A stretch of DNA of 64,000 bases from Ramazzottius varieornatus (lineage: Eukaryota > Animalia > Tardigrada), in contig BDGG01000003.1 of assembly GCA_001949185.1 (NCBI GenBank), forward strand, positions 2,773,158 to 2,837,157. The letters are read 5' to 3'. A program made the translations under genes and the position numbers. Below the pieces are notes generated by a model, which saw nothing but the letters and a program-made list of their open reading frames with translations, was not told the DNA's origin and did no database searches. Positions 27,780 to 40,500 of the stretch are shown here, piece by piece. Within the stretch, counting starts at the first letter, position 1; each line of letters opens with the position of its first letter.

Positions 27780-28256
27780 AGTCAGTATAAAGTCATGTTT
27801 GGAAATGTGATTTGCTGTTGTGCTCAAACTATGGGCAGCTTTGGGAATTTCGACTTTGATACTAACGACTGACGTTAATTATTTCAGTAATGATTTTTCT
27901 TTTAGTACTTCGATAGCATGTCATGATAACAGCTTATCGAACTTGTCAAAACACTAAATTCGGATGACATAACTTCCTGAAGTTTAGAACATGGTTACAT
28001 TTGACAGACAGAGGCGTAGAGCTGAGGTCCTTTAGAACACAGTTTCCTCGTAAAATTATAAAAGGTAACAGAAATTCAGGGAAGTGAACTTTAGTACGCG
28101 TACGGCAAGAGCGGCAGCCAGAGACATCACGGGAACGAAAGCCTGAAGACCGAAAGAGATCCTAAAATATCCGAGAGATCGCCATATTGGCTTATTTCTT
28201 GATAAAATTCTACTGCAGACAACTGTGGTTGTCTTTTGTTGAAATTTTGAGCTGGT

Positions 28257-30427
28257 CTACGTGACAGGTGACAGGAACGTGCTGGTTTCCCGTTCAAGTT
28301 TTTCAGCAGCCCCTGCTTTACCCGTTCTGTAGTTGTAATACAAATCACTCCACAGCCCCAACTTCCCCTTCGTGAAATTCAGCCGATCTTGATACTGCGT
28401 TCGCACTTCTTTTTCCTCGTATTTTTCAATGATTACCACTAATGAATGGACAGCACCGGCACGGGATACGATTCGATTATGTATAGCCTGCTCGTTACTT
28501 TCACCTGGTCCTCGTTTTACCGCTGGAATCAGAGACTCAAATTGGGTTTTCTGACGCTCCAGCAACTCTGCTCCTGCAGTGAAAGGATGCCAGTGTTTGA
28601 GAAGGAAAGCTACAATTCTTTCTGGAGTTAACCAGTGATTGGGCTTGTCAAACATGTCCCTCCAGACCTCGCCATTGTATACCAGCGTAAGGCGCTTCTC
28701 GAGGAAGACCTTCAGCAGGGAAAGCAGTGCTCGGTCCAGACACTGATACAACTGGTGGAGGACAATTATTGACTGTGCGACAGTTTGAGGATCGACTGTT
28801 GTCACCCCTTCCATGGGCGAATCCTCCTGTTCTTGATCGGGAACCGATTCAGCTGCCACAAGACCTAAAAGATAACTATTTGTGCGACGAATTTTTGTCT
28901 ACTTCGGGTTGTGATGTACGCACATTGATTGCCGGTCTTGAAGTTCAGTTCGGTTTTCAGCATCTGCTGCAACTCCTTCATGAACGCTTTGGAATCCATA
29001 ATTTGCTTCTGCCGATCTTTCTCCCCAATACCCGACATACCTACAGCTTTCAGTATCATGTTGTTATCGTTTGTAACCAAACAGACTAATCTTTCAGGCG
29101 AGAGCTTGTCGTATAACTGCACGAAGCAGTTGACGATACGATCATCTCCTTTTCTCAGAGGGACCTTCCGGGCTGGTCGATGGTTATTCTCCGCATTTTG
29201 CAAAGTAAAGCGTGTGCCAACTCTTTCGCACCAAAACCTGTAAATGAAGCCCCATCAGTAACAGTAGATTTGGAGACCTGCGTCATTATTGCAAGATCGA
29301 TGATCTTTCGAGCACCGGCATACACCGAGCTAATACAACTGTGATGGCGCAGAAGTATGCAGGCAGCCGAAAGAACGCCACATCTCGTAGTCCGACGTTT
29401 TAAAACTCAAAACACCGCGGAAAGAAACAGAAAAGCAAAAGCAAACTGATCCATTTAATATTTTGAAATGTACATACTTGGATGCGTTGCGCGATCTTCG
29501 AGCGAACTTCTCATCTTTACCATCTTTCAAGTGATCCAACTCTTCCAGAACCGTATAGGGCATTTGAAAGAGGATATAATGCAGGTATTGTGCGTCCTCG
29601 AGCCCCTTCATTAGCTCGAAGAACTTCTCACCCTCATCCGACAACAAGACGCTCGTGTCGAAAACAATAACGCACTTGATCTGCGCCAAATCAGGCAGGT
29701 TCAGTTCTAAGTCCGCTGTGTCGTTCGGTAAGTCGACTGCTTGTTCTTGTGCATGACTTATACGAAATGTATGCAGGTAGGTCACTCCAAGATCCACTTC
29801 CATCGGCTCTCCTGCCGATGATGCTGTATCTCCAGCGGAGGACGAAGCTGGGACTGAGGATGAACTGCTTGCTTTCTGGTCTTTACCTGCTTGGTTGTTT
29901 ACCGATGACCCGACTTTCTCTTCGTTCTTTTTTGGCTCCTTTGCTTCCTGTTTCTGAGCTGAGGAATCGTCAGCTTTTGAGTACTGTTTCTTTTTCTCGC
30001 CCGGTTTCGGAACGGTCTTCTTGAGCCCCTCCCAGCGTCTTCCAGAGTTCCTTCGTTTCGATGATGACGGACCATCGGAAGATTTTCGACGAGCTGAACA
30101 ACGAATGTCCGTTAACATCAGAAAGATTTGAATCAGAAAGATAATTATAAAAAAGAACAAAATCAATCTGTCCGTGTTTTGGTTGGTCACTCATATATAT
30201 TTGCCCTGGAAATGACCTGAACAAGATTGATTAACTCGATATGCGGCTTCATGCGACCGATGGAAGTTCTCTGGATGCTGAGATGGCCTTTCCGGATAGG
30301 CAGAAGGACAGCCAAAGTGGATGGAAGGTGGAGGAGAATGGTACGCAGTGGACGATGCTTCATTCGATGTAACAACCTGTTGAACCTGGCACACCTGCTG
30401 AGAGATGATCTGACGACCGCCGCTCAT
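28257..30427 (-). CDS. SWT1: SWT1-like RNA endoribonuclease (PIN domain plus SWT1-type C-terminal helical domain)
   Basis: VIVFDTSVLL, MPYTVLEELDHLK, GDDRIVNC, LVTNDNNMILKA; C-terminal LEKRLTLVYNGEVW...W...FLLKHW resembles the SWT1 C-terminal domain. Start codon uncertain. Confidence 0.82.
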
Positions 30428-31775
30428 ATTGCCATGCTGCTGTAATATTCCAGGAGTGCCTGCAAACGGTGGATATCTTGACGGACCATCGCGGGGAGGA
30501 TTCGGATAAGCGGGATGGTCTCTGCGATCGGGAAAATGGTCTTTATGCCAGCCACTGTGATCTTGCGCACTACGTTCTGCAAAATAGCTACGTGCAGTTA
30601 TAACCTGCTGCGGAGGCTTACTTTCAGCGTGAATTTACCTGGTTCATAACTGCTTGGAACAGCTGCTTGATGGCCACCTTGGAGAGGTATGGGGTGCGTC
30701 GAGTAATTATAAGCCATTTTCGGTGCAGAGACTACGGGTCGCGTTTCGCTCTACTACGGTTCCTTTTCGAGGTATATTGACAGGATTACTCGGTCAACGC
30801 GTGGACCGCAGATGCTGCATCGTCAGTTACAGAGTCAGGTGCGGGAACAGAGGCGGCAGACCACCTTTCGTAACCAATCGGAGACAAAGATCATTAAGGG
30901 CTTACAAAGACTAAGCTGGCTTGGTGGTGTAATCACACCAGCTACTTTGGTGGATACGCCCAGAAAACATTTTTGGCCAGTTAGAAAAGCGGTGTGACAG
31001 CTTGCTTCGAAAGCCCCGCACTGCAGTTAAGTACGATCGGAGGATTATGAGATCTTTGATGTCGGAGGAACCACCATACACTCACCAGTAAGACGAGTAG
31101 CGAGAAACTTCGTCATGGACGTGACATTTGAGTTTGGAGGGGAGCACAGCGCACTCGGGATGTTGGTTAAGTCTAATGCAATCACGAGTCGCTTCAGAAC
31201 GACTCGTAACTACACCGAAAGTGCAATGTCTGGTGGAATGAATAGGCCAATCGCAAGGGTGTGGGTGGAGCCAATTACACCAGCGTTGGAATTCCACCAG
31301 CGGTGAAATCTATCTTTGTAAGCCCTTATTGTGAATGCTCGATCCTGGAAAGCTCAAGATCAGAAGTCCATAGCCGGAAGTAGAGTGTGTCAACCTAGAA
31401 GAAACAGGGAGTAGAAATGAACGCTGTGTCATTGCACGGTAAGCGAGCGACCAGCCGCTTTTCTATTTGTGGGTCATGCGAGCGGCACCCGAGTCGCAAA
31501 CCCGTCAAGCAAACAATTGTTTCATTATTTTGGTTTCATTCCGGAATCCGAATTCCTTCCGGGATTTTTTCAGCGTTGCTCTACCGGTGGCGTTTCCTCA
31601 CCTGTCGTCCTACTTCTCCTATCCTCGTTCCTTAGGTAACCCTCAAAAATCGTTTGCTGCTGATGCTCGACGGTGCCTCTGGCTCTCGCAGGCTGATGGA
31701 TTCTGACTACTGAGGATAGTGGTTTTCACAAAGGAGCATTCATTTCCGCTTAGCATTGGCCTACGCCACTCTGTT

Positions 31776-32107
31776 ATGACGGACCCTTGTCAAGCTCACG
31801 CATGCGCCATCCAAACCTGCCTAAAACGTAAGTGGATCTTGGTTATTCTTTATGAACTATCCGCATCAGACTACATAGGAAGTTGTTAGCCGACACTGAA
31901 TCGCAATCCTGTGTAGAACATCGCATTTTCCCGAGCCGTCTAAGGTGCCTCTATTTACTTGCAGAAAACAACTGGCAGGACAGCAAGTGCGGAAAGGAGC
32001 TGCAAAACCTGCTGGATTGTTGCAAGAAGTTCCAAGAAGGCTCGCCGATGTGCGTGGGAATGCGAAGCCAGTGGGAAGAGAAAGCAGCCAAGAAACCATC
32101 CACCTGA
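31776..32107 (+). CDS. CMC4: Cx9C motif-containing protein 4 (p8-MTCP1-like), exons 31776-31827 and 31965-32107
   Basis: MTDPCQAHACAIQTCLKQNNWQDSKCGKELQNLLDCCKKFQEGSPMCVG matches the CMC4 pattern DPCQxxACxIQxCL...SKC...L..CC...S..C.G. Confidence 0.9.
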
Positions 32108-32134
32108 CACGCAAACTGCCATCTAACCGGTAGT

Positions 32135-33901
32135 ATGGCCGTTTACTGGCGGATTTTTTTGTCCGCGAGTCTAGTGAACATCTGCTGTACTGCATCGCGG
32201 AAGCCTCAAGATGCGAAAAGAATCGGTACTGTAATCTGCTCCGTCTCTTCGTTACTTCGTATACCTGTTAGGATCGCTTCCTTAGTAAGTGTACTGGTAT
32301 TCTTTCCGCTTGTAGGTATAATCGGCGGCGGGATAGGCGGATGCGCATCCAGTCTCTTCCTCCGCGATGCTTTAAGGAACGACGCTTATATCGTCGTGTA
32401 CGAAGCTGAAAACATTAGCGGCCGAGTTCGGTCGGTGAAGCTCAAGGGAAACGAGTACGAGGCTGGTGGCAGCATCTTTCACGAAAAGAACGAACTTTGC
32501 CAGCGTCTCGTTAAACGTTTCGGTAAAGCGCATATGTAGCCTTCCTTAAACTCATAGATGACGATTGTTCACTTCATCATTCTGCTTACAGGATTAAAAA
32601 CACTGAAAGACGAAGATGACAACAATAACCAAGGCACACTGATCAACTATGGTTCCAAAGTCCTGTTCCGTAGTTCGGACTGGTCGGTGTTCAATGCGAT
32701 GAAAGCTTTCTATCGATACGGTTTCTCACCGTTAAAGCTGAAACCGTGGGTCGATGACTACATAACCAAGTTTGCTAGAATATACGATCTCTTTGGAAGG
32801 AACTGTTCGTACTCTCGTCCGTCCGATCTGATGTTCGCAGCGGATGCCGAACTCGTTGACATGTTCTTCCTTTCGCTGACCGACGCGATGAGGAAAGCCG
32901 GCTTCGGAGAACTCTTCATCACCGAAGTCGCTGGCGCAGCTATGCGAGTCAACTACAACCAGGAAACCAGCGTGCCGGCCTTCGTTGGTAAGATTTCCAA
33001 AAGCAACTTGTTACAAAATCCAACTCCACAAAAATGACTACCATAAAAAAAAACTAATCCGTAGAACCGATTAACAGCAGCTGGTTTTTTTTCAGGTAGC
33101 ATCAGTTTGGCCGGAATGGAAGGTCCACTGCATCGAGTGAAGGGCGGTAACGAGCAGCTACCTCACCTAGCCTGCAGAAGCGCGGATACCATAAGCCCAA
33201 CACGTGTGGTGTCGGTAAAGTTGCTGAACGATACGAGATTCCAGCTAGTCGATGACGCTGGACAAACGGACACTTTTGACTTTGTCGTTCTAGCTTCTCC
33301 GCTGGTGCGAGACAGAACAAACGTAGAATTCATCGGTTTCCCGGTGCATTTCACAGCTGGAGACTGGGTCGGCTCGTATCAGACAACCGTAGCCACTTTC
33401 GTAGAAGGTTGGTAGAAAGCTTTATGTGAAACTGCTGATTAATTGAGATACCTTTAGAGCTTTTTCTCAGGCGAGCCGAATTTCGAATATTTTGGTTCGT
33501 CTGCCTTCAGCGCCGCTTTCAACATCGATCCGAATGGACGATGGAGTTCGATAGGGAGACTTTCCACTGTCACGGGGAACTTTCCTCAAATGCCTGTCTG
33601 GAAGCTCTTTTCAAGGGCGTCCTTGAGCGACAAGTCGCTTTCTGAGATGTTCCTGAGGGTGACAGCGAAGACGGAAGTCGACTGGAAGGCCTACCCGAAC
33701 TACTCGGAGCCACCGCACTACCCGCCGCCTTTCATGCTGCATAGTCGTCTGTTCTATCTGAACGCGGTGGAGTGGGCTGGCTCTGCCATGGAAATGTCCT
33801 TGATAGCCGCCCACAACATAGCAAACGCCATCTCGAACGAAATACTGGGACTGCATCCGCAATGTCCGCTCGCGGCACGGACGCGTCATAAAGACCTGTG
33901 A
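32135..33901 (+). CDS. PCYOX1: Prenylcysteine oxidase 1-like
   Basis: Signal peptide, IGIIGGGIGG FAD motif, YEAGGSIFHEKN, AMRVNYNQ, VKGGN, WKAYP, YLNAVEWAGSAMEMS, C-terminal HKDL* (KDEL-like). AATAAA at 33924. Confidence 0.93.
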
Positions 33902-34388
33902 TAGTTCACTCCAGGTGAGCGACAATAAAGTTTCATGTTAGTGTCACTCTTGAAAATGCAGTTTCAACCACATGCATGAAAATGTTCGAGTTTTATTTTG
34001 CTTGTGTGAGTTGTGTGCGAGTCAGATTTTACAGCGTCTGAATGAAGCCTCAATGCCGGAAGATTCCACGTAAGGCTATGCTTTTGCCAACTGGGGAAAA
34101 ATCGAGGCTCTTCGGGAATTTTAGATTAAGGTTGACGGTCTTTTTACTCTTTTCTGAATGCGAGTCGGCTGACAAAGCGGTGGCGCCAGCTGATATAGTA
34201 GCGTCTCTTTTGCGCTGCTCCCATGGTGACATCTACACACCGTTACAATCTTGTGGGAATTTGATCGTGGAGAGGTTGCTTCTCATAGGTCTCAAGCTCA
34301 GCAGCATTTGTGTTAGGCGGTTATACCGGTGCTTGAGAGTCAGGCATTTCTGTTTGGGTTCGCGCTTTCCGTCTTGTGCTATGTTCTC

Positions 34389-34985
34389 ATGGGCAATCAG
34401 CCTAGTCAGCCGGCGAAGTCACCGCCAGCACCCCCACAACCGTCTCTTCCGTTGAGCCAGTATCAGCGGCGAGTTTTGGAGCTTGAACAGCGCAAAGCTG
34501 ATCGCGACCGTCTTTTAGAGCAGTACCGGTTAGAAGTCAAGTCTGGAGTGATTGGCAAGAAGAAGAAGAAATCTCACAAGAGCACAGGGAACAAGCAGGA
34601 AATACTTCCTATTGCTCAAGCTCTTGACCTTCCGCAACCGGAAGAGCGCAACATCGTGACGTATGCTACTGGTGGAGGTGTCCGAGGCTTGGTAAACGCG
34701 AACAGGATGCCCACGCCCGATACTGGTGGGTGAAACTCTTCTATCAAGCTCAGAGTGTATTTTTCAGTCACTGTAGCCAATGTCGTTTTTTCAAGTCGCG
34801 CACGTGTTCATGGTTATTGGCTGACCTTGTGCACCACTTGGGAAGATGATCATATTCAAGACGTTTGCCGACGTCCCCGCTGTCTCTTTATAGGAGGCAG
34901 CCTGTTTGTGTGCCCGATTTGTGGGAAGTATGTCCTGGACAGGAACCCATATCCCCATGTTTACAAATGTAGAACAAGTAAATGA
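34389..34985 (+). CDS. Small protein with N-myristoylation motif, coiled coil and C-terminal C2HC (UBZ4-like) zinc finger
   Basis: MGNQPS start; proposed phase-1 intron 34726-34893 joins to GSLFVCPICGKYVLDRNPYPHVYKCRTSK* (C-x2-C-x11-H-x3-C). Confidence 0.6.
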
Positions 34986-37508
34986 AGGAAGACTAGCGGC
35001 ACTTCGCTTCGGATAACTGATTTTTTACGGCTCCTTTGAGATGCGCGGTGCGGGTTCTCGTTCTGGTTTATGGAGCCGAAATACCTATCATGTTCTGGAA
35101 GTTGGCCCACGTAGTGAACATCCCAGGTCTTCTGTGATTGATATTGTGATACCGCCAATTTCTTTGACGCTGTTCATTTTAGCTATGGCCAAGTAGTACT
35201 TTGCTTCTTGTCGGACTGTTTTGCTGTTGCATCGGGTTTTTCGTTTGGCGCTAGTTGTTGATGAATTTTAGGCAGTGTGTTGTGCCAATAAAATAAGTTG
35301 GCTGTGAACCGTTTCTGCCAAGAACGGAACAAATGCGAGCCGCTCAAAGGTCGGCTGATGGTATCGCCCTAAAATGGTTCACGACGAGATGAATGGAGTA
35401 CAGTACTTGCATCTCGAAGTCTCGTGTATACTCAATCGTTTGTTGCCAAGTCCGGGTTGATTTCGTGCGTTTGTTCGGAACACTGAATCCCTTTCCTGTG
35501 CTTTATACCTGAAGAATCACGCCAGTCAGAAATTAGTCTCTTCAACTGCCAAGTACGAGCGGAATCGATGCTTACCACTTGACAGCGATCTGGATCCTTT
35601 GCGCTGTCTCCACTCTCCCGATTACCCATCGCTATTCTGTCAGAGTTTTCACCTGAGATAATTTGCAGGTTGGAATAGCGGAGTTCACTGTCGCATTGTC
35701 TAGGTAAGTGTCGCTCTCGAGGTATTTAACTGTTCTTTCGCGTGCGGAGCGTGTGTGACGGTATGGGGTCTTCGTTATGATCGCAAAGAGTCCCTCCGTC
35801 AGAGGGAACGATAATTCCTGGTGCTCCAACACGCACATCCTCGCCCGACACTTTTCCTTACACACAAGGCTTCAGGTTTTGCGTCTTTACTGTTCGAGCG
35901 AGTAGTTGGGATGGGATGAGGTGACAGTAACAGCGGAAGTGCTGAGTCGTCTGTTTGATACATTTGATTGACTTCTAATATCCGCTAGTGAGACTGTGAG
36001 CTTCTGAACTTTGGACCGTGACGCTGTATTTCCTGGGATATCTGTTATGGATAGGAATCCGCACATCTATTTCACCCTCAATGTACGTATGGGTGAGTTT
36101 GTCAGTTTTGCGATGGGTTGTGTGCGATGAACTTTAGTTCACCTGGTCGTTTGTATTTTCTTGACGTGTACCCTTTCGTGTTTTTTGGCAAGCAAAACTT
36201 AATCCTTATCCGGGATGCAGGTAATGCTGTTATTACTGTGCGACGGCGACCTGATGTACAGTGGTTGCGTTGCAATTACAATGTGGCTCCATACCTAAGT
36301 AAGGACTTTCCAAAACTATTCGATGTGATCGAAAGACTACGGAGTTGGGCAAACGAAAAATCGAACCCTGCTGTTTATTACGGACAGAGACTATGCAGCT
36401 GGCGCCATCTAGGATTTGCGGGACAGCCTTACTTTTGGTGCGCATAGTACGGCAAACTTGCTGTTGAAATTCGCGCAGGGGCCTCTCTCTGTGCAAGGGT
36501 AGGGCTAATGATATCAGACAGCGACGAATATCATTAGAATATCATTACAGTGTGACGATTAGTGGCTGAGAACTATGGCGTGTGATGATGTGTTACAGCG
36601 ATAATGATGTATTCCTGATCGATCAGCATGGTCCATCATTTGGTGAAGAAGGAGGGAAAGTTTCTCGGAGATATAGGGAAATTGGTTGCTCATACAGTAC
36701 AATCTCGTGTTGGTCAGGTTGGGCAGGTACGCCGTTACCAGGTTGCTTCCCTCCAGAGCCTTTTGGGTTCGAAGAAGCCCGCGGAATTTCGCAGCAATCG
36801 CCTAATCGGATGTGTCTATTCTGTTTTAAATGGAGTAAGTACCCATTGTTCACATCACAAGTACCTGACAGGTTCGCTAGTTTTCCCTCTTGCTCAAACA
36901 CTCTTTTTGAATGACGCTGTGCTTTCCGACTGAGGGGAGCGTCAAAATGCGGAAAAAGTTGGGTTATTTGCATGACCAGCATGTCTCACGGTCTCTAGCG
37001 GGAGCCGGATGTACTAATCATTCGTCTCTCTTTTTGCAGCCCGTGAGAATATATTCTTTGTCAACGAAGCCTCTTTGTCAATAAGCCAGGGACCTTCTCC
37101 GTTTACGGTCAACCCGCCGTGTTCCGATTTAAGGCTCGAGTTAACAAACTTTCCGGGCTGCAAGAGGGAAGACAGCATCCAGACATATCCTGTTGTAAAT
37201 TAAAGCCACTGGAGTATAGCTGATGTATTCTCATGTTCTGTTTGACTCGCTTGTTCTATAACGCGACGCTTGTCCAGCAGATGCTCAAGTATTGTGTCGC
37301 ATTATCCAAAGTCATTGTAAATTATCGGTCTACGTTGTGATGGCATGTTAATATGGTTGGCATATGACCAAGTACTACATGGCTAATGGTAGGGCCGACC
37401 CGAAAGACCGCCTGGAGCTCGTTTAAGTGCTCAATTCCCACCCCGAAAGCCTTTTGAATACCATACGCTCCTTGTCTTCCTTGGGAATAGTGAAAGGGTT
37501 GCGTATAT

Positions 37509-40500
37509 ATGGATAACCATGAATTCCCGGGAAAGGCCCACAGTCTGGATGAACCGGATTTTGTTGAATGGCAGCAGCGACGTCGCACTTCAATGTCATC
37601 TTCACGCATCTCAGGTGGTTGCCGACATTTTTACTGGACCGGAAGGTTTGATTCTCCGAAACGAATGCGTAAGCCATGCGGCAGAGTTCGCGGTCTCGGC
37701 AGGAACCGACAGGTCGAGCATCCTCTTTCCTTCTTCCGTCACATGTCCCATCGTTCCGGTTCTTTCATCGATCTGGGCGTACCTGATTTTCTAAATTTCC
37801 AACTGATCTCTTTCCGAATTCCGGGAAATATTCTGCACGGTGTTAATCTGGCTTTTCTTTGTTGCAGACTGTCCTGTCGGCGGAGAATCGGGCAGACTTT
37901 GTGGCGTTAGAGTTGGAATTAGGAGATTCCCGGAACATGCAGCGACTTAATGAAGCGAAAAAGAAACGGGCGATTGAACCATGGTATGCTGTTCTTCGTC
38001 ACATCCGGATACCATCCGCAAGATTGAACGGCGCAGTTTATGGCGCTTTTAGTGCTGCGTTAGTTTTATTGTGGGATTATTTTGATGTTCGTGGCTTTTA
38101 CAGGTGCTTCCCTGTCAGTATCATGGGGATTCTGATCTTGCTCATAATTTTCCTGCCTTTCATAAGTACCGACAAGTTGGATCAGCGTGGACGATCGCAG
38201 CCATGTAATGACCAGGAATGCAGGTGAGAACCTACCTATCAACATTCTTAATTCAGGCTAAGGAGTTCGTCGTACACGTGCATTTCTCGGCTCCTTTTAC
38301 AAACAGACCGGAAGCTGCAAGCTGCAGACGCGCCGTTCTTCACGTACCTGGATACATCGTTTAATTAACTCTTCTTGAATCAGAGTATGCAGGTACCTGA
38401 AGTTTGGCGCGTTTTGTTTGCCGGTCTTCCGGATGATGTCGATTCAATTTTTTTATCATCGGAACTTCTCTTTGAGCTGTCTCTGGAAGGCCTATTACCC
38501 GTAGGCTCATACTGTCAGAATCCATGCCGAGACATTTGAAGTACCCGAAGGAGGCTCCACTTTTCCCATCCACGTTTCGCACATGGGAAGATCTCATCCA
38601 CATGGCTCAACATTCCATTGACATCGCGTCGTTTTACTGGGATTTGCATCGGGGCGAAGGACTCGTCTCTTCTCATCGAAGTCCCCAGCATCAGGGAGAA
38701 AGAATATTCAATTTGCTGGTGAAAGCCGGCCTGAAGCGGAAACTCAAAGTGCGCGTTGCTCAAAGTGCCGCAAATGCTCGGTTCCCCGACAATGACACAT
38801 CCGTCCTGCAGAAACTAGGTGATCAAGAATAAGCTTTGCTAATGCGATTATGCAAACAAGTTTTATGACCAATGAGCCTTATACAGGTGCTGCGGAAGTG
38901 CGTAGCCTGAACTTTACTTACCTCCTCGGCAGCGGCGTCTTACACACCAAAATGTGGATAATCGATAACCGCCACTTTTGGGTTGGCAGGTACGTCACTG
39001 TCACGTTACTACCATCTTCCAAACTACGCACGTTTGACAAGGAAAGCTATAATCTTTTGTGATGTTTTCAAGATTAAGTTCTTTGTTTTTCAAAAACTGC
39101 GTCGTAGTATGCGTTCGTTGTGAATCTTGTGAATCGTTTTCCGTTATCGATCTAAACATTCAGAAATGTTTCAGTGCGAACATGGATTGGAGGTCTTTGA
39201 CGGAAGTGAAAGAGTTAGGCTTGGCGGGTATCAACTGTTCTTGTATGGCTCAAGACCTGGCGAAAGTGTTTTCCGTGTACTGGTATCTGGGCGAAGAACC
39301 TCAGAAGCCGGTCCCACCTCACTGGCCGACGGCGTATTCAACCCACATCAACCGGACGAACCCTCTTTCCTTGTTTTACAACAACTCAAAGACTCCCTCG
39401 CTGGTTTACATGGCGGTATGTAGCGGTAGGCCTATCCGCCAACTGGCAGATGCATCTTTTCAACCCATTATCCTTCGAGCAATATCCTGTTCCTTGGCAG
39501 AGCTCACCTCCGCCCTTCTCATCAAACGGGAGGAACTCGGATATCGACGCATTGCTCAACGTGGTTTCCGGCGCACGAATCTTTGTTTATATTGCTGTAA
39601 TGGACTATACTCCTGTCTTACAAGATCAATATGGGAAAAAGTACTGCAGAAACGCGTTCGTAAAGTCGAAAACTCGGTGATGTTCAATCACGTATATTTT
39701 TAGGTACTGGCCGGTTATCGACGATGCTCTTCGAGCTTCCGCGTACAGCCGCAACGTTACCGTTCGCCTTCTAGGTAGAGATTTGGTTACATGCGCCTTA
39801 GAGTAGGGAACCGCTCAACTTTTCCTTGGCGGAAACCAGAATTTCACAAATTTTCTTGTCCACGCTGGACTGTGCGGAATAATTTTTGGTAATCTCAAGG
39901 CGAAAGCGGGCGGTAAACCTTTAATGCTGACGCGAAAGCAGAAGTGAGCGGTACTTCAGGCAAGGTAAAATTGCCGAAATTGCGTTTATAACATTCAACT
40001 CATGGATATTACAGTACAAACAAACCCAACTGTACATACGACAACAGTTTCCTGTGGTTGCCTTGTCATATAGGTTGTTCGCAATGTGACGCAACAAGGT
40101 TTACTTTTAAACATTTATCGTAATTATCATCGATGCGGGGCGGGCGGAAAACAGTCACATCAAATACTAAGCGAGTCCAAGCGGTAACAATTTCAGAAGC
40201 TTCCAGGGCGGAAGGGGTAGCGCATGACATCCCAAAAATCGTTCACAAAGGTGAACAATTTTGGGATGAGTCATTTCAACCACGTTTCACCTAACCTCGT
40301 CAGCTAAGGGAAGTCTTCGAACTTCCACCGAACGCGCCGCTTTCACCAAACGCGAGTTCTCAAATTACGACAGTCGGGGTGTAGCTAACCCCGTTGCCAA
40401 TAATTCATTTTCGAACGCTAGTTGATCAGAATCAAGTGAGGCACTACGTGGTTGCTCATAATTTCGTCTACCACACCAAGTAGCTTTTCTGCGTGTTCAC

